DNA of 63,778 nucleotides, the filler included, from Perkinsus chesapeaki ATCC PRA-425 (taxonomy: Eukaryota; Protista; Perkinsozoa): the NCBI GenBank assembly GCA_013115145.1. It is 5 parts of 5 records of this genome, joined end to end, with 100 filler letters (N's around TTAATTAATTAA, not from the genome) between each part and the next. Parts side by side here need not be neighbours in the genome. Positions count along the whole stretch, not along the records: positions 1 to 16,616 come from JAAPAO010000705.1; 4 more parts are not named here. One strand, given 5' to 3'. Positions 1-10,727 of this stretch are shown here, one piece after another. Both the position numbers and the translations under genes were made by a program. Numbering within the stretch: the first letter of the stretch is position 1; every line of letters starts with the position of its first letter. The notes below the pieces were generated by a model, which searched no databases, was not told the DNA's origin, and worked only from the letters and a program-made list of their open reading frames with translations.

Positions 1-29
1 TTAGTAAGGGAAGTGGGAAGAGAAGTACT

Positions 30-3000
30 GTGGTTGGAGCCCGGAACTCCGATTCTGAGATAGAATCCCTCCAGGTACCCAACGAAAAGATAGCCGACTT
101 GGTCAACGACGAATGGGGAAAACTACTGACCCTTTTCCTGGAACTGGTTCACAAGTACGAGAACATTAAGATCGAGTCCGGCAAACTTGAGTCTCGCTGG
201 AGAAGCATCAAGCAGAAGGAGGGCGAACCCCTGTGCGATTTCCTCGCTCGGGAACAAGACCTCTTTGACGTTCTCCAACGAGCCCTCGTCTTCCGAGGCC
301 GTCCAGAAGTCAGCGACCCTGATCGTGTCTGCCAATTGGTTGGATCTGTTCGCACTTCTCTGGAAAGGGCCCTCACGAAGAAGGTGGTCAAGGAAGGATG
401 GTCGGTTGAAGAGGATCTTCCGTACAAGAAGACTGTTGACCTGCTGCGCGAGCTTGAGGCCAAGGAGGATCGCTATCGAGATGTTCCCTGGAGACTATCA
501 TTAAACGGCGACCCCATTAACTACAAGGAAAAACTACCTCGTGAAACCTCATCCTCGACCACCTCAAGCCCATCATCGGCTCCTGAAACGAAAGGCAACG
601 GTGTGACATCATCTAGCCCAAACTCAGGATCCTCATCTACTAAAGGTCAGAAGCCGTCCCATGGTGGTAACAAGACCAACAACTCTACATCCAATTCGAG
701 GCAATGGTGCGACTTGCATAAATGGTGCAAACATAATACCACAGAGTGCCGTAATGTGAAGCCGGAGACGCCAGGCGAAAAATCGTCCAAATCACCGGCC
801 AATGTTCAGGTCAAGAAGGAATGCGACTCTTCGAGACATCAAGATGCCGACGACATAACGGCTACCTCAATTCCCGACGACAATGGCCAGCTATTCTGTC
901 CGGTTGCCAACATTGCTATAAGGCGACGCGGTAGCGAGAGAATTGCTGACAACTACGAGCCTACTACTATTGCTATCGACTCCTTCAGCAACAAGTCCCT
1001 AATATGCTCGTCGATGATCCACGAGTCATGGCTCGTGGAAAAACTCACCCAACCTATCAACCTTGGTGGCATCACTGGACACCAGATGTTATGCACTAGA
1101 ATGTGCCTAGTTCCCTGTCTGGCAGAAGGAAAGCACTTCAATTTTAAGTGCCACATTGTGGATCTGTCCAATCTTCCCTTCGAGTTCAGACTTATCATGG
1201 GAGCTCGCACCATGGCCTCCGTCAATGCCACTCTGGACTTCCCCAACATGAAGCTGATTTTAACTGGACTTGGTCTATCTTTCACTCTATCCTACTTGCA
1301 GAGACCCACACCGACGGACTGTCTGCCATCTGTATCGTGTACAACCACCTCGGAGCCGGAACTAGTCACACGAGATCATCTCTCCTCTGCTGAAGCCTTT
1401 GAGGAACGTCTCAGTGAGATGTCTGATGACGAGGTTCGCCTGTTCTTCAAGTCCCGATTGGCTGGTTGGTCACCTCCTAACCTCAGCTTCGACATCGACA
1501 CCAACATACCGGTTCAGCGACACAGAGCTTTCCACATACCTCCTGGTCTGCGCGGAGCGTTGGATGCCGAGTTGAAGAAAATGGTGGAACGAGGCGAAAT
1601 TAAACCAGTGGACTATGACCCCGAGGCATGGATCAGCAGCGGTTTCTGTAAAGAGAAGAGCAGTTCCAATGGCGAACTTCGAGTCCGAGTCCTTGTCAAT
1701 TTCGCTCCCCTAAATGAGCACATATCCATACCTTCTCATCTCAAGGATGGTGTGTCTACGATAGACGAGTTTCTATCAAGCTGTAGAGAATCCTATAACT
1801 ACTATTGGACGGCAGATATAGAAGGTGCTTTCCACACGGTCGAGGCCGACGAGTCCTGCATCAAGTATCTTCATGTCGCCTTCAATGGTCAGATCTACGC
1901 CTTCCTCAAGATGCCTCAGGGACTGGCCCTCAGTCCGTACATCTGGTGCTCTCATATCAAAGAGTGCTTTCATCGCCTTATGATGCATCACTGGAGAGCG
2001 TGGTTCGGAGTCTACGTTGATGACAACATCGGCGGCAGGAGGACCTTCGAGGAAGCACAACAGCGGTTGAGGATATTCAAACTGGCGTGCGAGGTGCTGG
2101 GGAAAACCCTGTCTCTCAAAGTCGATTCTTCGGTGAAGCAGTCGGTAACTATTTGCGGGATCACTTTCCTCCCTCAAAGTAGATGGCGTTTGTCGGACTT
2201 GAACATACAGAAGCTTCAAACCATCTTGTCTATCGAGCCAGCGACGCGCGAGTGGATGCGCAAGTTGATTGGCGTATTGTCCTACTCACGGTCCCTATTC
2301 AGCTTCGGCATCGACAAGTGCTCTGGTTTCGGTGAACAGATGGCCAAGCTTACTGAGTGCTTCAAAACGAGACCCTATCGCCTTACTGACGAGGCCAAGT
2401 CCGCCATAGAGTCCTTCAGACATCATTTCTCGATCTCGCCAAGAGTCGCCTTTGGCGTAGATGATCTAATTAGCAGTGCTCAGCCCGGATCCTCCAACTC
2501 CCGCCTCCTAGCAGTCACATTTGATGGAAGTGATACGGCTGTCGGTGGGGCCTTGTTTTTGGTGCGTCTGCGGTCTGCGGAGACTTTGACTATCCAAGAT
2601 CTACAGGATCCAGTGGCTTGTACCATGATTGACGCCTTCTCGGTTGTCCTGAACTCATCACAACGCCGATGGTTTACCTTTGAGATCGAGTCCTATGGTA
2701 TGTATACATGTCTGATCAGGTGGAGACGTTTGTTCGTCGCCGTCTGTAGGGACATTCCTGACCCGACCCTCCCAGCTCGGATAGTCATCTTCAGCGACTC
2801 TACCACGGCCTTGAAGCACTGGGACACTGCATCAATTCCCGACTGTCGAATCGGCTCCATCAAGGCCAAGCGATTCGCGGGATGGCAAGCTGAAGTCGCC
2901 GAGTACCAATACTTGCCCATTTTGTTCAAGTTCGCCAGTGGTACCACCAACATAGTAGCTGATGTCTTTTCAAGATATGAGACAGCCCCCCGAGCCAGTT

Positions 3001-3848
3001 CGTTAAGGACAAGACCAGCTGGGTTCAGAACATCATCTAACATGGAAGCATCTACCTTCCCTGGAAGCGGCCCTTCCGAACCAGATTTTGATATGGACCC
3101 GACGCTGATCGCCACGGACTATGGAACACCATCAATACCTTTGCTCGGACTACCACCGCCTGAGGAAGACCATCTCGGTGAGCGAAATGAAGATGATAGC
3201 GGCATATACTTCGACTTGAACATCAACAAAGAGGAGGCCGAAATACTGGCAGATGCCTATCGTCATGATTTAACTACCGAGTATCATGGAATTCCCGTGG
3301 CTTATGTATACCTATACCTCTTTAACGACCTTCCGACGGACATCAAACTACCCTCTATGACACTCAGCCGTCTCCGAGCATGGCGGGATACTCGCTTCAC
3401 TATCCGGCGATTACCTAATCCGGAGGGTTCCAACGGGGGGACACCTTTACTATATACTCCTTCACCTAATCGACGTTCGAACCCTGACCGGATTGTATGG
3501 GTGGTCGTATTACCAAATGGGGCTGAATGGCCAGTCAACAGCCCCGACCGTCTGGTTCTGGTCAACGCCTTCCACTTGAACACCATCTCTATCGAGGCCC
3601 GACAGCTGCTGCTAGCATGGACCCATGATTGCCAAGGACATTGTGGCGGAGGCGAATCGGCTCACCAACTATGGTTCGTAGCATGGTGGCCAGCTAGCTT
3701 ACAAGACCATATGGAATTTCGCAATTCCTGCCCATCATGTCTGCGACGCATTATTCAGTCCGGCATCAACAAGGCTGCTGCACTTGGCCCTGGAGAAATC
3801 GACCGTAGAAGACCTTCACCAAGTACTCGGCGGTATTGTCTCTTGTAG
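30..3848 (+). CDS. Gag-Pol polyprotein (gag, protease-like IDSFS, RT, RNase H, IN N-terminus); frame open upstream of the GTG, so 5'-partial
   Basis: 1272-aa ORF with the motifs above; last ~12 codons are out of frame relative to the integrase core. Confidence 0.85.
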   Translation: MVGARNSDSEIESLQVPNEKIADLVNDEWGKLLTLFLELVHKYENIKIESGKLESRWRSIKQKEGEPLCDFLAREQDLFDVLQRALVFRGRPEVSDPDRVCQLVGSVRTSLERALTKKVVKEGWSVEEDLPYKKTVDLLRELEAKEDRYRDVPWRLSLNGDPINYKEKLPRETSSSTTSSPSSAPETKGNGVTSSSPNSGSSSTKGQKPSHGGNKTNNSTSNSRQWCDLHKWCKHNTTECRNVKPETPGEKSSKSPANVQVKKECDSSRHQDADDITATSIPDDNGQLFCPVANIAIRRRGSERIADNYEPTTIAIDSFSNKSLICSSMIHESWLVEKLTQPINLGGITGHQMLCTRMCLVPCLAEGKHFNFKCHIVDLSNLPFEFRLIMGARTMASVNATLDFPNMKLILTGLGLSFTLSYLQRPTPTDCLPSVSCTTTSEPELVTRDHLSSAEAFEERLSEMSDDEVRLFFKSRLAGWSPPNLSFDIDTNIPVQRHRAFHIPPGLRGALDAELKKMVERGEIKPVDYDPEAWISSGFCKEKSSSNGELRVRVLVNFAPLNEHISIPSHLKDGVSTIDEFLSSCRESYNYYWTADIEGAFHTVEADESCIKYLHVAFNGQIYAFLKMPQGLALSPYIWCSHIKECFHRLMMHHWRAWFGVYVDDNIGGRRTFEEAQQRLRIFKLACEVLGKTLSLKVDSSVKQSVTICGITFLPQSRWRLSDLNIQKLQTILSIEPATREWMRKLIGVLSYSRSLFSFGIDKCSGFGEQMAKLTECFKTRPYRLTDEAKSAIESFRHHFSISPRVAFGVDDLISSAQPGSSNSRLLAVTFDGSDTAVGGALFLVRLRSAETLTIQDLQDPVACTMIDAFSVVLNSSQRRWFTFEIESYGMYTCLIRWRRLFVAVCRDIPDPTLPARIVIFSDSTTALKHWDTASIPDCRIGSIKAKRFAGWQAEVAEYQYLPILFKFASGTTNIVADVFSRYETAPRASSLRTRPAGFRTSSNMEASTFPGSGPSEPDFDMDPTLIATDYGTPSIPLLGLPPPEEDHLGERNEDDSGIYFDLNINKEEAEILADAYRHDLTTEYHGIPVAYVYLYLFNDLPTDIKLPSMTLSRLRAWRDTRFTIRRLPNPEGSNGGTPLLYTPSPNRRSNPDRIVWVVVLPNGAEWPVNSPDRLVLVNAFHLNTISIEARQLLLAWTHDCQGHCGGGESAHQLWFVAWWPASLQDHMEFRNSCPSCLRRIIQSGINKAAALGPGEIDRRRPSPSTRRYCLL

Positions 3849-5014
3849 ATATTGGAACGGGGGCTACCCAGTTCCATCTGGTAGAATCTAAGATCTCGGT
3901 GACTACAGCACGTCTGATTTTCTGTCGTTGGATCCCGACATATGGTCGACCTTTACATCTACATGCTGATGGAGGCTTCAACAGTCAGTGTTATCATGAA
4001 TTCGCCAAGCTCATTGGGTGTAGAGTAAAGATTTAGGCTAGCCGGAATCCTAATGGCAACTCCAAGGTTGAACGTCGTAACCATTTCTTGAGCGACGCCT
4101 TCTCCACCGAGCCCATCACTGATGACATCAGCCTTGAACTAGCAGTAGCTACGGCATGCATAAAGGCTAATCAGATCTCTCGTTCTGACGGTGAACACAC
4201 TGCCTTCGAAGTCTGTTTTGGTGCACCCCCTAACCTATTGGTGGAAGCTATTGGTGATTACTGCGACTCGGAGGGAAAATCTGTCTCAAAAGAAGACGAT
4301 GTTGACGACGAGTTCATCAACGCGATTCGCCGCAATGTCCGCGAAACTTTCGGCTCCGTACATGCTCATGCAGATGCTCGGTCCCATTACTCTCTCACTG
4401 GTAGAGTAGCGGATCAGCAACGTGGACGCGGCTTAGCCCAACTTTTTACTGCCGGCCAATTAGTACTGGTCAAGGGACGCGACTTGGAAGTTCCTTTATC
4501 TATTATGAAGATTTATTCTGATGACAATGGAGACGCTCGTGTGATTGTTCTTGAAGATGGATCCAGAGTTCCAGGCAAAGACTGTTTCCACCCTCCGGCG
4601 AAACGACATTACTTTTGTCGCGCTGGCGGAGCCACTCACCTCGAGCTGGAAATAGGTGACTTTGTCCTTTTCACCAAAGAGGAATCAGCTGGAGATGGAC
4701 ATGTTCAAGCAGAAGAAACTATCAACTACTTTGTGGGCAAGGTGATTGGTTTTTCTGACGACGATTTTGAGGACAAGGTCACTCTACATCATCATGGACA
4801 TGGAGGCCACAAGATTGTTCGTTTCCTTCCATTATGGTCTAAGGGCTCGACCATTACCCGCCGTGGTGAGGTTAAGCCTGGAGAGGAACCCCTGGTGGAC
4901 ATCATTCTCAAGAAGCAAGTTCTGTGCACGCTCCCTCTTTCCAATGGTTGTCTCAACAACGAGTGTCGAAGTCTGATGCGCTCTCTCGGAGTGGACTGGT
5001 TCAACGAGGCCTAG
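3812..5014 (+). pseudogene. Integrase core plus long C-terminal extension, disrupted by a frameshift/deletion near 3810 and an in-frame TAG at 4034-4036
   Basis: TFTKYSAVLSLVD...HADGG...KI*ASRNPNGNSKVERRN gives the second D and the E of DDE; first D appears lost; frame continues through ORF 4088-5014. Confidence 0.8.
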
Positions 5015-5296
5015 TTTCTGGAGAAGTGTGTTCTTTCCCTATTCTATACATATATCCTCGTCCATCACACAAGGATATACATGGGGGCTCTGTGGACAAG
5101 AACTCCCTTAGTGCAATTTGCAAGAAGAATATACTATCAACTGTGTAGTATCCTACGGCAGTTTCGATCGTTTCATCTATGAAACGATATCTGACTACTA
5201 TTGTGCATTTGATTATGCTGTCCAATCGATAAGTGATAGTAGCAGTTCGTGTCATTGCACCGATCAGGTTTACCGGTGTTTTGAATAATTCAACTC

Positions 5297-6351
5297 ATGT
5301 CTGATATAGTAAAGACCCCGGCTGGTGTTGCGCTCCCGAGTGCTACTTTGTCGAAAGCGTCAACACTTATCGTCGAATGGTGTCCTGCGATAGCTGCTTG
5401 GAGTGGTTCCACCAAGCAGCTTCCTGCTCAAATTATCGCCCTGGAGGTGCTCGCTGGCTTTGCGGCAGGTGTCGAGCCAGAAAGAGTCTACTGCTGGCAG
5501 CGCCACGTGCAGAATGCTACCAGTCCTGTATCTGATAAAGGGTAGTGGACTACGTCTTACTAATAACGTCGGGGAATGTTTTCAAATCGAACAGGCACTG
5601 GCGTCATTGGACAATGATCCCATATCAGAGCAGCAAGTCAGAGCTATATGGAAAGGTCTCGGTGAGCAGGAATGCTGCTTGGACTTCTTGGTGTTGATAC
5701 ACAGCCTTGCGAAACTGACTCACGACGGCCGCCCGATTTCATTTTTCGAGTTTGATGAGCTCTCTAGTGATGGAGCACCGACTATCCTAGGAACGCACGA
5801 CAGACAATATAGAGATTACCTTTGTGAGCTGATCGGTGTCTATGGTGAAGGATAACCTGCATGTTGATGAATTGTCCGACTTGCTGCTGAGGGAAGGTCG
5901 CCCTGGCCAACGTTTGGATGCTGAAAAGCGCACTAACGACTTTCTCTATTTACAAGGACAAAGGTTTGTTGGTAGAAGGTGGAGTGCTACTGATTTATGG
6001 GAGCTCATGCGAGATCCGTTGAAGCAGCTTGTCTCCGCTGGCCAATCGGCTAGTGGCCTGTTGCCACTGATTGATTCTCCTTTACCAGACGGCCACCCTG
6101 ATGTCGACTTAACTCGTAGGATTACCGACTTCCTACCCTCTGTCGTAATCGGCATAGCTGAAGCCAGTAACAGCATCGCAGAGCACCATATGCACTTCGA
6201 CCGCTTCGAGATGGTAGCGACTGGTGAAATGCAAGTAGCCCAGGTGATAGAGGAGGGTCAATCACCGGTGGTATATGCTCCGATCAACAACAGTGATGAT
6301 GATGCCCAGAACGTTCTTCTCCTCCTTTCTAGAGGATTCCGCACAAGCTAG
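5297..6351 (+). pseudogene. Unknown intronless ORF (about 350 aa) downstream of pol, broken by two +1 frameshifts
   Basis: Three overlapping ORFs in successive frames (5297-5545, 5403-5855, 5836-6351); 1055 nt minus 2 = 351 codons; the GT-AG intron tested at the first break does not restore the frame. Confidence 0.5.
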
Positions 6352-7089
6352 GCTAGTTGTTCATTTATATTCATATTTATAATATTAGATTCCTCTTTAT
6401 CTCTGAGTTTGGTTGATATCTATCTAATATCCACGACAATGATATCAACTGTAATCACTGTGGGGCGAAGGATGATAACACACATTTACTGCTCGCTCGC
6501 TAGCGACCGGATTGGTTACGTTTCCAGCATTCCTCTATAGACGAGAACGGAACTCTCGCGCAGATAACAATATGTCACATATTGTTATCTGCCCGATTAC
6601 ACATATTATGTGTGTGACACAAATTGTGCAGCGGTCGCAAATTACAGTGAGAAACTCTACTCCAGGCACTTGCGGAATGCAAGATGAGTGCATCAAATAG
6701 CTTCACTGAGACCATGTTGGGAATCCCACCTGGATGTGGCCGCGTGGCAAGACTGAATACTTCGTGTCTCAGAGATGAATCTTGTGTTGTCGCACCTTGC
6801 GAGCCGTTGTGTTTTGGAAGTTGTACACAGTCCCTCGGTTGCATTAGTGAATTCTTCTAGGAGGTGTAGGATCTCTTAACATCAGTTACATTCTTCTGGG
6901 TGAATCATACAGTGACAAAGCAGTATATAAATTAAACTCTCCCGACAGTTGCACTGTGCAACTTGCACATAGAATGGATAGTCTTAACTATTTTTTGACG
7001 TTGGACTATAAACTCTCACACACACCTACGGCGAGTGAACTCGCCTTGTGTCCAGTCTCAGATCGGCAATCTTCGGTAGAGCTTTCATA

Positions 7090-7207
7090 TCACTCGCCGA
7101 GTGACTCACTTGGAGACTCCAAAACTTGGAGTCCAAGTGGGAGTTATATTATACGAAAACCAATAAAGCTCTATTGGACTGTTCAATTTGCACCTTATAG
7201 GCTATAA
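7090..7207. repeat. Cluster of chained palindromes with single-base centres
   Basis: tcactcg-c-cgagtga (7090-7104), agtga-c-tcact, ttggag-a-ctccaa (7110-7122), acttgga-g-tccaagt (7124-7138), ttatag-g-ctataa (7195-7207). Confidence 0.85.
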
Positions 7208-8089
7208 AGGCACATAGTAGGTCATTTTACCTGACTTAGACCAAGTCACACAGTCACATACTCAGGATGTCAGTCACAATGACTCACATAGTCTCTGTGG
7301 AACTTTCTCTATGGATTTTCCCCGCCCTGGGCGGAGAAAATCCCCACTCTAAAACGCGCGGGGAACTAGGACAGTTTCCACTGTCATAGTAGGCTAACGA
7401 TATAGCATCTGACTCTACGGCAGGTATTACTGCTCTCCACTGTAGAGTATCTGAGGCAGATAATCTGACTCGTCTACAGACGAGGGAATGGAAGACGTTC
7501 TGCTCCTCTCGGCTGAGCGTGTAGCTCAATATCGATCAATCTACGCTCAAGCGCAATGTTTCTACATAGTCTGGCACAAGCCTATCTTGTCCTCCCTTAA
7601 CGGGACAGACTTTGTGTGACGACCGACGTGCTCTAGCCAACACCTTGAGAGTGTGCACAATATCCCTCGCGCTGTTTACACCACTCTACACTTGTTGTTA
7701 AGTGTGAGAAGTTACCTTCAAATATTCAGAATTAACAGATCAATATTAAAGTCTTGTTAAATGCATTCCTCAATCAAACTGTCACCATGCGTTCTCCTCA
7801 ACCCACTGCAACGCAAAACACCGTTTTCTGACCGACTATCACCGCAGCCGAGCGAGTAGCTCTGGCGAACAGTATGACAAGTAGACTCAAGGATGACACG
7901 ACAGTCGCAGCGTCGAGGCAACTGCACCCGCAACAGCTTAGGTTCGATCTCTGCAGAGAACCTATTTACTATTTATCATTCACAGAGCACGAACCGCTGC
8001 CGGAGCGGTAGAGGTAAAATGTGCCAAATGATGAGATAGATATAACGACACACGAATCGAATACTGTCAGAATTCCCCAGCTATTTGAA

Positions 8090-8470
8090 CCGGAGAAGAT
8101 TAAGCATGCGAAGCCTCACAAAGTTGCATTGCATGTGGGTGGGGATCGGCACCATATCTGAAGGAGTTTGGAGATTGAAGGGCAGATTGCTAGCTACCTC
8201 CGTGATTGGCGAAACAATCGCCGTCCATACTGGGGGACGAGCCTCTGGATCGAGCCCTACCTAAAATAAATCGCGGAAAAGTTAATAGTGATGAAAATAG
8301 TGATGCCAACGCAAATAGTGATGAGAATGCCTACTTTCGTCGAAGACAGTTGCCACAGTGGAGCTGGTTGATGACGACACACTTACACAAGAACTGGTGT
8401 CGTCTTGTGGAAGTTGGCTCTCTGAAAAAAAACATACTTTTCAACGGCGAACAGCAGTCTTACTGAAAGC
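8090..8470 (+). mobile_element. Possible decayed pogo/Tc5-type transposase DNA-binding region
   Basis: Broken translation LEIEGQIASYLRDWRNNRRP...LVSSCGSWLSEKKHTFQRRT resembles the CENP-B/Tc5 HTH pattern; stops and frameshifts. Confidence 0.3.
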
Positions 8471-9789
8471 CTTCGCGGACTTCTTTGTTACATCGGACTT
8501 CCAAGGGTCAGACATTTTACAGACGAAATATAGAAGGCTAAAGGGGTTTAATCTAAGCCTGGATTCAAAACGATACCGGGCGAATCCCAGAGCCGTTTTA
8601 ATAAAAAAAGTGCGCTGTTTTTGTGGACGTTTTTACGCGAGTTAAAACACTAAAGTGAAGACGGCGCATGATCGTTGTTAGAAATCAAATCCTATTTGAA
8701 TGGAGGCTGTGAAGGAGCTTATATCTCATTCGAGAATAGTAAGTTGGGTGCAACAGTGAACCAGAAACAGGATTTTCTTGCCAAAATTTCGGGAAAAAAT
8801 CTGTTGGTTTAAGTGTAAAGTAGAACTGAGTAGGACTTTTTATATAGAATAAATTCTTGCCCGCAACTTGTCTCTATTGAGTACTTTAGATATGCTTTAT
8901 AGAAAATCCTAACAAACTACCTTTATTAGCAATTACGGTATGACATTGCATGGGAATAGGCAATTCATTTTCAATCTGGGCCTTTTATAACTCGTGCTTA
9001 TAATTACACCTTCCCTCTTCCACATACCGACAAAACGAACACTTGGCAATTGCACTTATATTCAGCCTTCAAGATACTCTATATTCTTATAAAATATTCT
9101 ACTCGATCCTGACTGTTGCTGCTCATCACCGCTTAAGGAACCACACACGTCGAGTTCAGAGAGTTACAGCATCTGCTTCGGTTCACATTCCTTCACCATT
9201 CACGCTTTAATCAGTTACTTGTAAAGTTGTTCACAATTCAACCACAGCAACATCACCAAAGACGGCCAGGGGATGCTCTAATGGAGCTTTATCTTCGCCT
9301 AGATCCGCAGCTTACACTGGGGTTCTTAATGTACTATCACGGGAAATACGGTATAAATATTCTTGAGAATTTTGCTGCATTTTTTGCACGGTAGCGAATG
9401 GTTACCAACCATCGGTCAGAGAAATTGAATTTTACCTCTGAAATTCTTGGGCGTATATTGTGCGAAAAGCTAAGTAATGTCTGCGTGGGTGCTAGTTGGA
9501 GGTAATGAGACTTTTTATGCCACTAGAAGGCGCCAGAGGAGTAATAATGGAAATTCCGAGACGCGCACCTCAGCGATGTGCAAAAAAACTTAAATTTTAA
9601 ATGAAAAAAGTCCGAATATCTTACATAGGACTTCTTTGTTGTACTTTTTAACTTTTGCCTGATATCGCTTGCTCGGAAGAAGGTAAAATGGAATAGTTGG
9701 AGGAAAATATACATCACTCTTGAATCTTGATGGATATCAAAATATAAAGTAAAATGTTCTCCTCGTTATGTGCTAAAAAGTGAGATGAT

Positions 9790-9976
9790 GAATCGTCTAA
9801 AAGTACAATGCTCAGATAGGATCTCATCAGGGTTAAGTAGGTTCTCCATTTCAATGGTAATCCCAGCCACCGCCATCATCAGAAAATCACGAAATTAGTA
9901 TTCCCCAAACCTCAGGTACAACGTACTGCTCAGTTTCGTGTTCAACGGCGCGGCGTGCTTGGCAGCTTTAATATCG
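9790..9976 (-). mobile_element. Possible hAT transposase C-terminal (dimerization) remnant
   Basis: STLYLRFGEY*FRDFLMMAVAGITIEMENLLNPDEIL resembles the hAT C-terminus; weak. Confidence 0.25.
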
Positions 9977-9978
9977 TA

Positions 9979-10040
9979 AGTTAGAGGAAGTGTATGGCTT
10001 TGATGAGTTAGTTAGAGGAAGTGTATGGCTTTGATGAGTA
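9979..10040. repeat. 31-bp tandem duplication (2 copies)
   Basis: agttagaggaagtgtatggctttgatgagt(t/a) x2. Confidence 0.9.
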
Positions 10041-10727
10041 GTTGAGTCTTGGCTGGTTAGTTAGTGCTGAATATTACTAAGGCTATTGATGTATTAATAA
10101 ATAATAGAGATTATAATATTTGATAATATTATAATCTTATTACGAGTATTGATTATAGTATCTGTTGAATCAATGTGCAGCGCGAACCAAACCGTTTTAT
10201 GCAAATTTTTTTGGTACAACTTTCTTAATTACGACTTAGAAGTGGTATCGTAATAATTTCCTCAAGACTGTACCCCAAAATTTTGACAGCTCGAGTCTGA
10301 TTAAACGTAGCATTTTCGCCGTAATTGATTTTACCGTAGCTTTCTTTCGCCGGTCTGAGTCCGTTCGGCGACAACTGGGATACGCTGTCACGAGTAAATT
10401 GGTTAGTTCCGTAGATTTCTATATTACTTCATTTAGCTGCATTTATCTTCCTCTCAGACTTTTCAATCCAAGCTTGATAGGAATCGGTCGAGATGAGAAG
10501 TCTGTCTGCTCTCTGAGCTTTAATGTTTGGGTGGCAGTCTTTGCCATGTTGCAAATATCTCACGGTGAGTTTGATTTGGTTCGTGAATTTGTGCACCGTA
10601 AATGAATATGGTACTACTGCAGAATTAATACATAATAATAGATATAAGGCCTAGTGCAACGAGCGGCTCTGAATGAAACTGATCCTGCGAGGTCGGGGGG
10701 GGGGGACTTCTCGGTTCTGTGAACGTG

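Larger units (their letters stand above)
1..5014 (+). mobile_element. Ty3/Gypsy-like LTR retrotransposon, 5'-truncated at the window start, degenerate in integrase (may extend to about 6351)
   Basis: Domain order gag-PR-RT-RNaseH-IN. RT: TADIEGAFHTV, KMPQGL, YVDD. RNase H: TFDGSDTAVGG, EIESYG, IFSDS, NIVADVFSR. IN zinc finger HDCQGH...CPSC. LTRs not identified. Confidence 0.9.

Noticed and set aside
3800-4040. Programmed frameshift or readthrough in the Gypsy pol
   Set aside because: Breaks fall inside the integrase core and appear to remove a catalytic residue; decay is the simpler explanation
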